Source: Zygnema circumcarinatum SAG 698-1b
Taxonomy: Eukaryota; Plantae; Zygnematophyceae
Direction: 5' to 3'
Length of the DNA: 64,000 bases
Assembly (NCBI GenBank): GCA_037447605.1
Contig: CM074811.1
Span: 1,116,001 to 1,180,000, forward strand
The stretch's first letter is position 1; each line of letters opens with the position of its first letter. The translations under genes and the position numbers were made by a program. Below, in pieces: positions 21,534 through 34,189 of the stretch. Below the pieces are notes generated by a model that saw only the letters and a program-made list of their open reading frames with translations, was not told where the DNA came from and ran no database searches.

Positions 21534-24500
21534 CTACCCTCCTGTTGAACTGTGCTCTGCTTTCAGCCACGCAGTACACTCGTCCAACCCAGCAGTCGGA
21601 TGGGCCAGCTGCCACTCCATTGCCTTCATGACCTGACCAGGTCAAAAGGGAGCCGCCAATTGTCAAAGGCATGAAGCTCATGAAGGAGCTGCACGAAACT
21701 GCTCCAAGACCTAAGCATTGTAACTATGATTCCAAAAACTGAATACCTTAACCAGTGCAAACACCGTTCAAGCTTCATTATGACAAAAAGAACTCGAGCA
21801 ATTGCCTCGGTTTTGAGCTCCACAGACTTCTTCCGCTTCAGAACTCAACTGCCTTCACGAGAAGCCAATTTCAGATTCCTATGAAATCCCCTATTTATGC
21901 AGGCAATGTGTTTAAGAATAAATCATACCCATTTGCCGATGGCAGGCCCACCCCCCTTCAACTTGAGCACTTCCATTAGCGCCTTCCCACCCAACAAGGG
22001 CTTCAACTCCCACGCCTTCTCCAGCTCTGAAGCAAGATGTGTAGACACGTTAGCTTGAGAATATTCCACTTGCAACTCTTCTTTGGCCTTCTGAAAAGAG
22101 TCACTTTCACTCTCAAAGAGACTGTGATGGAACAAAGAGAGAGAGAGAGAACACAATGGACGGAGGGAGGAAAAAGGAAGGCAGGGCAACCGTCCTTTAC
22201 CCAGGCTCTTCACCAGGGTTTCCAAATCCTGCCATCTGCTGCTCGGAGCATTTGCACGCATCCTCTTATTAGACGAATTCGCGGCTCCCTCCAACTCCCC
22301 TCTCTCCCCTTCCTGCTCCGAGGGCACCTCCAAGGGCTTGTGAAGTACAGAGGAGAGCAGCAAAGCCGGTCGCCAGAGCTGCTTCACTCTGCGAACCAGT
22401 AACCCTGCAGCTCCACTATCCCACCTTTCACCAGTAAGGTATAAACAGAGTGCCAGTTCCTCTAACGAAGGTAATCCATTTCGTCCCTTTCAACTCCCCA
22501 ATACTTTCCAACTTGACATAAACAAATACTGAAAGTGACAAGCACCTTATGTTCAAGCAGCCTACCGACTATGACGCGTTTCTCCGCAATAGACAAAATG
22601 GCTTCACTGCCACCTGTTCCCCCTCCCGAGCCCTCCCCCTCTCCTAGAAGCTTGCTTTCCAGAGAACACCACTCTTCAGCTGTCCTATGTAGCACAGCCA
22701 CCTGCACACATAGAGCAGGGCTTAGAGCGGAGAAGCCTCGGAGATCAGGCGTAACTATGCTCTCCAGTTCTGATTCTTCCAATTGGGGTTATACTGAGCG
22801 CATGGGACTGGTAATGGTTTTGTGTAGGTGAAGCAGTTGGCGTATTATCTGAGGTGTACTGAGCCACAATGTCCACTCACACTGCAATGTCTAGGTGGCA
22901 GCAAGGAGCTCATCGACACGCTACCCTGTTCTGTGTAGTGACAGTGCAACCTAATTCTTAGCCAATCCTTACATCGAAATCATGTTTATCGGTTTAAGGT
23001 ACGACAGCATTTGATCTTCAGTTAGATAGGCAATATCATTCAATTCACACATGGCCCCATTGGGTTGTGGTAGTATTTCCGACAGTCTGTCCTCACAATC
23101 ATCAGAATCATCAGCTCGGTTGATAAAAGGGCCACTTTCTGCCTAGCAAGGCTTCTGCCAATCCCCAACTTTGTTCGTGCATGCTATTCAGCCCCTCATG
23201 GCTTGCCTGTGATCTCCACCCCAACATAAAGCTCCTCTATACTTCCCCCCTGACCAAGCAAAAGCGGTCACTATTCACTATACCGTTTCAGCGTGGGAAG
23301 CTTTCAGCTTGAGCGACTCGCGAATGATGGCGGAGGAGACCGGCTCCTGTCCATAGCACCTCGGCCAGCATGCTTCAATATGGGATATGCTGTATCAGTC
23401 GGCATAAGACTGCTCTCGGCTCACAAATTAAGACAATAAGGGCTGCTGCACAACCTCTAGAAGAAGACAATACAGAGATGCATGCTTCGTTTCAAACCCC
23501 TTCCCATACCTCTCGTTTCTTTTTGTCCAAAAACGTAGTGTTCCTCAACGGGAGGAGCAGGCCTGCCAGCAAAGTGCACAGCTTCTCCTCCTCCTGCAAC
23601 AAGTCGCCACATTCCCTCTGAACCGCTACATGAGGGTTTTTTGAGGAATCAAACAGGCTGGAAAGTCATGCAGACATAGTCACAATGTCGATTGGGTTGA
23701 AAAAGACTGGTTCACATGTAATGTTGGTAATATTTGGAAAGTACCTCCAAGTACGGGCCTCCTCTCGCTATCTCTGTTTGATGAAGTGTCTCTGAGACTT
23801 CTGTGAGCATCCCCACACAGCGGCTGGCCCAGTTCCTTTGCATGATTACTACAAGTAGAATTCATAAGAAACAACCTACTGATTGATGAGTTCAGTGACG
23901 AAGTTACGAGCAAGCCTTACTAAGGCCTGCCTTCTATCTCCGAAACTCTATCAGCTAAGTGCGAAGAAAAGTTTCAGATTCAGCATATGGTTGAGGAGGA
24001 GCACTTCAGACGATAATAACAAGGAGGGCCAGATCCTGTGAGCTTCTAAATTCTTCCGCCTCACTCATATGCTGAAAATCTCTTCCCCCTACTCCCTTAC
24101 AACAATTGCCTCACTTCCTCCCTGTTGCTTCAGACCTTTTACCTTGAAATACACAACTAAGATACTCTCGCAGCTGTACTAAGTTCCTTACCATGAGGGA
24201 TGAAACGTATGTGAGTGAGATTTAAACGATGAGCTCCTCTCTACCATAGAAGGCAACTCCAAACATATGCTGCAGTACGAGAGGTGAATAAGAGACACAC
24301 CTTCCCCAGTCTGCCGGCAAAGGAGGGGCCGCCCCCTGCGGTACAGAGAAGATGGCTGGAAAGAGAAGAAGCTCCTCCAAGCGCCGCATAGCGAGAGTGG
24401 GGTCCCTACCACCCATCATCAGCTCTACCTGCACTACCCCTCCTTCCATCCCAGCAATTGCCGAACCTTACTTGTTTGGCAGATTTAACAGCACGCATCA

Positions 24501-27480
24501 TCAATATGACTTAACAGGACTAGAGTTAACCGCAATAATGTTTACAGAATCTGATTCAGATGAAATTTCCAGTCCATTGCTTCACATGCACAGTGGCCTC
24601 TAAGCTTCCTCCTGGGAGTTAAAGCAGAGAGCATAGAGGCACACTTCTCCGACCTGCTTGAGATTCTTAAGTCTCCACATACCTCCTTTCCAATCCTCTC
24701 TCGGCTAATTTTCATTGCAAGAGCCGTCCTCACTTCCTCCAGGCGAGCTGCTGCGATCAATTCTTCATCCATTGAAAAGCCAAACCTTGCGGCTGCACAG
24801 CACCCGAATCAACAACTCAGGCACAGCTTCTGCTTGAGCTCTGACAAGAAAAAGTGAGCAGATAACCACTGTCTTTTCAGAGACGCTAAGTTTGCTGCTC
24901 AACTGAAGAACACGGCAAAAAGAAAAGGGGAGTACCAAATCTGACAGAACGAAGCACCCGCAAGGGATCGTCCAAAAAAGTTTGCTTAGGGGGCAAGGGA
25001 GTGCGCACAATTCCAGCTTTCAAATCAGAGATCCCTGCAGCAGCAGTCAGCAATAGGAGAAATTGAGAAGACTGCGGATTATTGTCTGAAAAAAGGAAGG
25101 GCTTCCCCTTTCTCCTTCTCCCACAAGCAAGAGTTGAAGGGCTAAACGAGCCCACACATTCAACGAAAGCCGCTGGACAGGCAAGACCCCACCTCTGCCT
25201 GTGAGATCCTCCACCTTGCCGGTGTTTACGTTGTAAAACAAGCTGTTTCCCTCGCAACCCAACAGCAAATCCTCCAGAATCATCACAAGCTGCCTACTGA
25301 ACATGAAAAAAACAAAACGAAAAAGGAACATAGGAAGCAATGAATGCTAATGCTTCCTAATTTCCTGAATCTGGCAACATTCCCAGCACTCGCACAGAGC
25401 CCACCTGTTGATAGTGAGGTCTCTCCTCAGAGCATCCTCCTCAGCTGTTCCAAATGCCTGTTATGCTTCCGCTCCCCCCATGCCCCTTATTCCCTGCTTT
25501 CTTAAACTATGCCACACTGCGGCTGCTTGATTCAACCATTCACCAGAAAGGACTTCACAATTTCGGCTCCTATCTCACCATAGTGGGAATGCGTGAATCT
25601 TCTGAATACGACTCTGCGCGGAGATTCACAAAGTCGATCCAATGGCCATGCACGCGCATAGTGGCTGTTTCCAAGTGCTTTGACTGCTGTGGGTTGCTGC
25701 AGACCCTCCACTCCCTGTCTCTATTGGCGAACTCTCTCAACGGAGCTACTTCAAAGGTTCGCAATGTATGACAGTCAATTTGTGCAGAGCCATTAAAACT
25801 CTGGAATTTTAAGATCTTCAAACAACACATAATGTGCATAACTTCAGAGGTGTAAAACGGACACATCTCACAAATAGAAGGCAAGAGATCATCCACAGTG
25901 CAGACGCAAGATGCTGTCGATGATGATGATGCAGATGATTGCCCAGCGAATGCTGTCACAATGATGCGCATGAAATCCTTTAAGAATGAAAATTCTTTAC
26001 ATTGTTCCCGCAAATTATTAGGAAGCTCTACAACGCTTAACGACCTAGAATTACCTTTTAATGACTCCAATGCTTCCCGTCTGTAACTGCTGAAGCTGCA
26101 GATACTCGTTCACCATCTTAGCAAACTCTTCACCCATCATGTTGTCAAGAGCAATGTCAATGTCATGGCTGTCCCTACCAATCAGCTGCAAACAGTTAAA
26201 AACACAACAACTGGTAAGGGCACATAACGACCCCTTGGCCTGTCGATCATGATCCAGTGCATGACTTTGCTACAAAACGGCTTACCACCCCAGCAAGATA
26301 GTAGAGTACAGGGCCCAAGGTTGCCTGCCTGAACGACCGGCAAAGTCGGCCTTTCAAGTAACAATACCTTCGCATCTACAACCTTGCCTCTGACTGCAAG
26401 GTCGGCCAGCCATAACTGTTGGAAATCATCTAAAGTCTGCATAGTTACTTCATCCCTGACTCCGACTCGTGGCCCTAATTCAACATCTTTGTTTCTGACC
26501 ATATTCCAAACTCTAGTAACTAATCTGACTTTAAACCTATATCCTATACCTATATCTAACTCCAATTCTTAACTTAGCCTAAGCATAGCCCAAATATTCA
26601 AATGCTAGCTCCAATTCTAGCGCAATGATTTACCTAGCTCCAATTGCACCCTGACTATAACCATCGCCATAAAGCGTCTCCTACCTGTAACCCTTAACTA
26701 AAGTGAACTCTATCAATTTTGTCTCTAACGCAAGTCACAGTGCTGAATCAAACCTTCACTCGAATTCAACGTCAAATTACCCCATGCGCTGGCTCTAGCT
26801 TCAGCCTTAACCTTATCACTAGCGCAAACTTTTCCCCCGTTTCAGTTCTAACCCCAAGCCAGGCTATGCACAACTCTAAGCCTTATCCTGGCCCAAGAAC
26901 TACACTGCATCAGCATTTGCGTAAGTATGGTATGCCCTCATACCTTATCTCGCACCCAGCCCCCTGCAACTCGTAGCTGCGTTGTAAGTCCATACTGCCG
27001 CACTACTGCAAGGAGAGTCTGGAATATGCGTTCCTCCAGCTCCGTCAATTGTATATCCTCCTTCACGTCTCCTACAATCCGAGACTGCCCTGACGCCATA
27101 GCCGCAGTAACAGTATGAACAAGGGACACCCTACAAAGCTCACTGGATGAAACCCTAAGTCCCTTGGCAGCAAAATCAGAAAACCCACTATCAGATCTCA
27201 ATTTTCTAAACACGCAGCTCTGTCCATCGCCATACCCAGACCCTCCCTTGCACGTATTCCCCCACAAAACTGGGATCCAAGCAGAACTTGGAGAGTTCAA
27301 CGCCCTCCTGCACCCAGAACCTGCGAGAGGCAGCCTCAGAGGCGCGCCCTCAGCAACAATGCCCTTTCTGACCCTCCTAGCGAGAGCCCCCCATGGCGCA
27401 CCCCCTCTGCCTGCAGCGCGCGAGGCGAGGCGCAAAGGCCCCGCTGGAGCCGGCAGCCATGGCGGCAGCCATGGAGCCAT
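21534..27480 (-). CDS. CCA-adding tRNA nucleotidyltransferase (class II) with N-terminal targeting extension
   Basis: LRVAGGWVRDK, DSHDIDIALD (catalytic DxD), NPQQSKHLETAT, DFVNLRAESYSEDSRIP, EDALRRDLTIN, LFYNVNTGKVEDLTGRG, TFLDDPLRVLRSVRF, KISRERIGKE, KPLLGGKALM and last exon MEWQLAHP...STGG* (stop 21534-21536). Confidence 0.93.
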
Positions 27481-27763
27481 GCCTGCCTGCCGGCCATGGC
27501 CATGCTACCATGACCCACTCTCACAGTCCAAACCTGGACCTTGCCAAGTTTGCAACTTGTCGGCCCGGTTGGCGGGCGGCGGTTTGGGGGGAAAAACCTC
27601 CGTCCTTCGTTGGTTTGAAACCTGGAATCTGATAGTTTTCGATTGGCTGAAGGGGAGCCAAGGACCATTAACATTGCGCCACGTTGGGTATAATTTTTGT
27701 TTATGTTTTGAAGAGTTATGTTTTAAATTTTACTTAAAAAAATACAAGCAATAGAACTCTATC

Positions 27764-27836
27764 TCCGTTGTAGTCTAGTCGGTTAGGATACTCGGCTCTC
27801 ACCCGAGCGACCCGGGTTCAAATCCCGGCAACGGAA
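27764..27836 (+). tRNA. tRNA-Glu (anticodon CUC)
   Basis: TCCGTTG/CAACGGA acceptor stem, D-loop AGTCGGTTAGG, anticodon stem CTCGG/CCGAG with CTC at 27798-27800, T-loop GGTTCAAATCC, and T-runs downstream. Confidence 0.95.
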
Positions 27837-28934
27837 TCGCTCCCGAGTGACTACACAATCTTTTGCTTTTTGGCAATGTCAGAAAGCACAGCTGCTTGGA
27901 TGGGTCGGGATTACGTTTAACAGACTTTTCAGCAGCTTCTCCTTTTTTTCTTTCTTTTCAAAAAGGGCAACTTGCACGCCCTCATGCAGCAGCGAACATC
28001 GCGGAGGTTTGGCAGCGGGTGGCCACTTTCTCGACTTTTCAGTGACGCAAGTTGCCACTTTCGCTTTACAAGTACTTCAATTCATTTGCATTAGCTAAGC
28101 ACAGCAAACATTTCAGCTTTTCCACTTCAGTCAATGACCAAAATTTCAAAGCTGAACTCGCCTGTGTGACTGTGTCATGGCTTTCAGAAACTTTTGCTCA
28201 TCACTTCCTTGCATCGGTATGAAGTCATATGACATTACCAACAGAGTCTGCATTCTGCAAGCTTCACATGCTGCCCACAAACACTTGGGAGCTCAGATGC
28301 CACCGCCATCCTTCACACTCCATGAAGTCTTCCAGGGGCAATGATTCGTTTGGGAGAAGCTACTACGTTTATTTATTTATTTACTTACCAATCCAATTCG
28401 CTAGGGCTACAAGGTATGTACTCTTCCAAACGGTAAAAACTCTACTTTTTACTCTATCTCTGCTGTGGGATTGAGCCGGAATTCCAACAATTTTTTGGGA
28501 ACCTGCCCAGCACCTCCTTAGAAAGGGAAAACGGAGCACGTTCACCTCCTGGCTGCAAAACTTCAGATCTTTCCCTTCTAAAAAAAAAATAAAAGAAAAA
28601 GTGACAAGGGGAACAAAGAATGGAAAAGACTCCACACGCTCTCGCTAACCATCAAACTTGGAGCCCTTATTTTCACAAATCGGACTCCTCCCTTTCTTAC
28701 ATCTCCACAATTACATCTTTACAGCGCTCCCTTTCCCACTGCTCTCGTTCTCCCTCTCCCTCTCTCTCTCTCTCCCTCCCTCTCCTCCGCTCCTCCCCCC
28801 TCCGGAGGCCCACATGGGTCACGACTCGTCGACTGCATGTGAACCGGCCGTTAAACTGAAACTGAAATCTCGGCTGTCCGACCCACGCCCCACTTTCTGA
28901 ACGGCGAGCTCTACAGGCTCAAGCAGGCAAACAG

Positions 28935-31900
28935 TCACTTCAGAGAGCTGCTGGTGGGGGGGGGAGGGAAGGGGAGAAAGGAAGTCGACATGGATTTTAT
29001 AGGAGGCAATAGCGAGGCGAACTACATTCAGAAGTGCCTTTGCCGCCCACGCAGAAAGGAGGGTTTGGTAGCAGAAGTATGCCAGCCCTGTACAGCATCA
29101 CAAGGAAGGAAGGTTTTTTAGTGGATATATGGGTTTTTAGGATTTTTAGGTGAAATTCTGTGAAATTTTGTATTTTCTCACATTGTCTAACTAGGTCCCC
29201 CCTTATATTTTCATTTTAGGAAGTTATGGTTACGCAAATAGTCAACCACGTCTTTAAATTCGTTGTTAGTCTCGCAATAAGATTGAAATTTCCATACCAA
29301 TGGATGGGAGGAAAAAGACCGCGAAGCCAACAGAGAGCCACGCCGCCATGAAGGAAAATGCTTGCGCCGCGTAAATCAACCCATCGTATACAAATACCTG
29401 CTCGCATAGAACACCTCCNNNNNNNNNNNNNNNNNNNNNNNNNNNNNNNNNNNNNNNNNNNNNNNNNNNNNNNNNNNNNNNNNNNNNNNNNNNNNNNNNN
29501 NNNNNNNNNNNNNNNNNNAGATGAGGAAGGTCCACATCGTCCTGAGCTCGTCCTTAGTGCGCGAGTCGGAGGTGAACAAGTCCGCGATCTGCATTTGGAA
29601 GGCCCAATAGACCGCCCCTATGCACACGCCTGCAAGGGCGAGGGAGGGCTCACATCAGGAGGATGATCTTCCCCATTGAATCATTTTCCAAATGCTTTCG
29701 ATTGTTCAGTGATCAAATTTTATCACCCCCCCTTCTCTCTCTCTCACTCGCACTCTCTCGCTTTCTCTCTCTCTCGAATGAAGAAAGCATACAATGACCA
29801 TTACCGACAAGAACAATAAAGCCGTGACAGACAAGAGGAAACCCATCTAAAGAAAGAAATCGAAACCGCTTTTCCAAAGCGACCGAACTGTAAAAAAAAG
29901 AATGAAAATCCCAAAAAAAAGAAAAAAAAACCCAAAGGAAAACAAGCACTTTCACTCAAGTAAATGCTCCAACCAGAACACCAACCACCAAACGAAATGA
30001 AAAAGGAAGGGCTCACCTACAAAGGCACCCATGAAAAGGAGCCTATCTGTCATTTCCTGCAGCCCTCTATGTGCCTTCTTCCTCTCCTCCTCCGACTTCG
30101 CCCCCTCTCTCTGCCCCGCCAGTTCGCTCCCTACAATTGTTCCTGCTGTTGCAAAGCCGTCGGCAAAGTACACAGTCACCATCCAAAGCTGCATGGCCAC
30201 CTGGTGGGCTGCCACAGCATGCACTCCCAAACTGGTGACGCAAGCAAGCACGAGGAAGAAGGAGGCCTGCAGAGGGGGGGGGAGTTTGAGTAACGGAGTG
30301 AGTGGGATATGGTACATTTTGCAGTTGAAGGGGAACTGGCTACGTTCTGTTTACTTCAGCTCACTTCGAAGCCCCGGAATGCCTTCTCGCAGCATTAGAA
30401 AAGAAGAAAACGTAAGTGGGACGTTTGTGAGTTTTCGCATTCTGAAGGAGAAGGTGAAGTTTCCTACCTGAACAAGAGCAGTGCGGAGCATCGTACTAAG
30501 CCCGTCCCATGCAAACTTCCAAAAGCTCTCCTTCACGCTGTCCACCTCCACTTCATCCTCCTCTCCCCCCCACTCTTTCCTTCTCGGCCTCTCTTCCCAC
30601 TGCCCACCCGCCACTCTCACAGCTCCTTCTGTCAAAGGAGGGAGAGCCTGCCCTCCCTCCCACTCCCCTCCATCTCCACTCAATGGCTCACTGATTGAGA
30701 TACTTCTCCCATCAGTCGTTTGATTCTGAATCTTCCCTGTTGACTCGCTCCCTTCCAGCAAGGGCTCACTTCCGTAACTTAACTCCTTCGAAAAAAACCA
30801 TAAACGCCAAAACCGCAGCAATTTTTTTGGAAAAATTCGGATTTTTCCTCTGCCTGCAGAAGGAGGCAGCGCCAAAATGCAGGCGAAAGCGAGGAGAGAG
30901 AAGGAGGAGGAGGCGATGAGGCTACCCAAACCAACTCCTCGAATTCCGAGATCAAATACAAAGAGGGCGAGGTAGCTGAGTACGACATCTAGAGTGAGTC
31001 GCGCTATTTGTAGCCCAGCCACGAGATAGACTCTCTGCAGCAAGCAGCAATCAGGCAACCCATAATCAAACTCAAATTTGCTTTACTTCTCCTGGTCAAC
31101 GGTCAACGGCTTTCTCCTTGCCCCAAACCACTTCCTGATGTCGACTTTCCCACTGTTTGAAGCAGAAAAATAAGAAAGAAAAGGAAGGAAAATCCTCCTT
31201 GCTGCCTCACCTTATATCCCTGTAGTATCCCCGAGGTGCACATTGCGAGAAGCTGAGGGAGTACTCCCAGAACTCGTAGAGTGAAGTATTGCTGAGCCGG
31301 AACTAAGGCTTCAGGGGCCGCCTTTAGAAGCAAAAAAATGGGCCCCTCTAACGCCCATAGAAGGAGAGCTGCCACCACTCCCATAATTGAAGCGCTCACA
31401 AGTGCAAGCCGAATCCGTACACCTACTTCGTTCCAAGCACGGGCTCCGACTACTTTGCTTACCTGCAGGGAGGGAAAGTGGTAGAGAAATTTCAAGTTTT
31501 CGGGTCCTACGAACCTTCGGCAGTGTGAATTACGAATGCGTGGGAGAGAGAGAGGGAGGCTGTGCATAATCATACAAAGAAACCTGAGGGAAGGAGAAGG
31601 TTGAAAGGTGCGGGTTATCATTCTATTTTAAGGATATCCTTTATATATCGGGGAGGGAGTCTCTCACCTTCGCTGTAACTCCCACAACCAGGAAATTGAA
31701 GACGACAGTGGCAGCATTGGTGGCAGCTGCATGGGGCAACGGAGCAACATATCTAGGCCACTGCTCAGGTGATATTCTCAAATTTTAAGCCTCTAAAACG
31801 GCTGATAAAGCAAGTGACATTAAAACCAAGGGAGTTTCTAGCTCCCCACCCCTCCCCCCCACCCACCCCTCCGTTTCCCCCCTCCCTCCCTCCCCCATCC

Positions 31901-32140
31901 TTCCTAAACCTCTCCGCCTCTTTCTCCCACCCATCTTCCTCCCTTCCTCACTCTCCTATGCCCTCACTCTCTCTCTCTCGCTTCCTCTCGCTTTCCTTAC
32001 TTGCAACGACAGCCCATGCTGCAACGAGCTCTGCTGCCTTGTGGCCGAGAAATGCTGTCTGGATGGTGATGGCGATCGGAGCACCGCTTTGGAGCAGAAT
32101 GGATGGCAGGGCGAGTCGAAGAAGAGCGCTGTAATGCACG
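28935..32140 (-). CDS. MATE family (DinF/DTX-like) efflux transporter; start not resolved, probably up to about 32960
   Basis: Exons LLRLALPSILLQSGAPIAITIQTAFLGH, NAATVVFNFLVVGVTAK, YFTLRVLGVLPQLLAMCTSGILQGY, AVAAHQVAMQLWMVTVYFADGFATAG, VYDGLIYAAQAFSFMA and LSAWAAKALLNVVRLAIA...LK* (TGA 28935-28937). An N-gap at 29419-29518 interrupts the gene. Confidence 0.85.
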
Positions 32141-32683
32141 GCGGGGTTTTCGCTTCCTTTCCAGATGTGACCCAGAAAGGGAATTCCCATTTGCGAGGGA
32201 GCCTCTCAAATTTTAGGGTTTCAAAGCTTGGCAGAGTAAATGAAGCGTTTAAAGCTGAATGCTCCTCCTCCCCCCTCCCCTCAATACGTATCCTGCACCC
32301 TCATCCACGGCCACCAAGTAGATCAGTTTATACCTCATACCTTTCATGCCAACCGAGGATGAAGGGAACAGAGGTCCTTCCTCGTTTTCATTCCTCCGAG
32401 CTGCAATTTTCTTTAATGATAATCTGAGAAGCCTCTGTGACTTGAATCCGCTTCCACAGTGACAGTTAACAGCTTACGAGGAAAGAAATGTCACCTCTCC
32501 AATAAGCAGCTGGAGCCCGCCCAGCAACTGTCAATACACTAAGTGAAAAAAGCCGAGAGATGTGAGGTCCTCGGATAAAAAAGAGAACGAGAGGGAAAGA
32601 AAATTTAACACCTCCCTAAGAGGGAGAGAAAGAGATATAGAGTGAGAAGAGTGCGACGGAGAGAGGGAGACTTTACTCACCTC

Positions 32684-32745
<62 letters not shown>

Positions 32746-33000
32746 AGAGGAAGAGAGAGGGAGAGCTTACCCCTCCCTCACGCCTCCCTCCCCCTCCCCT
32801 CCCTCCCCCAGCACCCCCGAAGCAACGCGGCGGTTACAGTGCATCCCCGCACGTGTGAAGTAGCGCCGCCAGCAGCCGTCCGTGCCACCACGTGGCAGCC
32901 GCCCGTACGCCCATTCGCGGTCACCCGGTCGCCGCGTCGTGCAAGGGCCTCATGTCCCACCACCCGACTGCATACTCAGCCGTCCAAAACGTCCGTTCGC

Positions 33001-33153
33001 GTACGATACTCGCCTGCCCGAGGTGCTCCGGCGTCCACAGACGATTCGGTACCGGTGAGGGAATCGGGAACGTGCCGTACTGTACCTTGAAGTACAGTAA
33101 GACACATTGCATATTCGTACATATGTACGAAAATGTACGGTACGGCGATGTAC
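33001..33153. promoter_or_regulatory. Dense GTAC (SBP-box/CuRE core) cluster upstream of the MATE gene
   Basis: Ten GTAC tetramers in 153 bp, at 33001, 33049, 33077, 33082, 33092, 33117, 33125, 33135, 33140 and 33150. Confidence 0.45.
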
Positions 33154-34189
33154 GGACTGCAACAAATCGCCAATCGCGGCCGAGCCAACAGCGGTCTCGG
33201 CGGGCGGCCATGTCAAGTGGGCTGGTTATATGGTGAGCAGTTGAGCGTTTCTCGTTTACGCAGTGACACGATTTTCAACATAGATTTGTTGAACAGGAAC
33301 GGGGCTACATGGAGGGACGCGGCTGGCGCAAGCGACAATCATGGAACTTACGCTCCACGTCAGCATTCTGGCTAACTAGAGTCCGCGGCGAACGGTGTCT
33401 TTGGCTTTCAATGTTGTGCTTGTGCTCACTTCGATCTGACATAACATTTCTATATTAAAAAAAAAAGCTTTTATAAAGGAGAAAGAAAAGCAGGCAGTCA
33501 ATTCCAGGTAACCAGTTAGTTCCATGTTGCACGCTGCTGCTTGTGATCTGTCCTGCTGCACGCACATGACATCGCGCATGTGCATGCATGCATGCAGTCA
33601 GTGCTCGTCCCCTGAAAGAACCGTTTCTCGCGCACGAGCAGAGGAAAGGATGCGTAGTCGATTGTAATTTGGAGTTGTACCAGAAACGGCGACTTCAGAC
33701 ATCGCTTCTTGCCATGTTCGACTACTGTGGAAACTGCAACTTTTGAAACGAAGGAGCACGTCCTCCGCAGCTTCTACGGCCCTTTCTGCTGCTGAGCTTG
33801 CTTCAGATACGGTCTATCCTCAGCACGGATCCACTGCTACTTGTCAAACCCTGCTTCAAAGAGTGGAGGGCCCACCAACCCACTGCCATCAATACTATTG
33901 CTCTTACGAACTACTGGAAACGACGAGCGTGATAGGGAGGTAGGGCGGCCGCATGAAAGGAAAGAAGTTGACTGACTACGCCTCTTTTTCACTCATGCGT
34001 GCTTTTCACTTGGAGGGACAAACTTGGACTGCCTTGATACGTAACCCCAAAGACCGCAGCACCTTTCGAAAACTCTGCTGGGAGCCGAACTAATGACCAG
34101 AAGGACGAACAACGGGCACGGCCTTTCATCCACAGCTTGAGCGATTAAAAAAAATTAATATGAAACCCACTGCACTACACAGACCTATC

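Noticed and set aside
33577-33597. RY-like (CATG)n element
   Set aside because: A short simple repeat with no clear target promoter, so the evidence is too weak.
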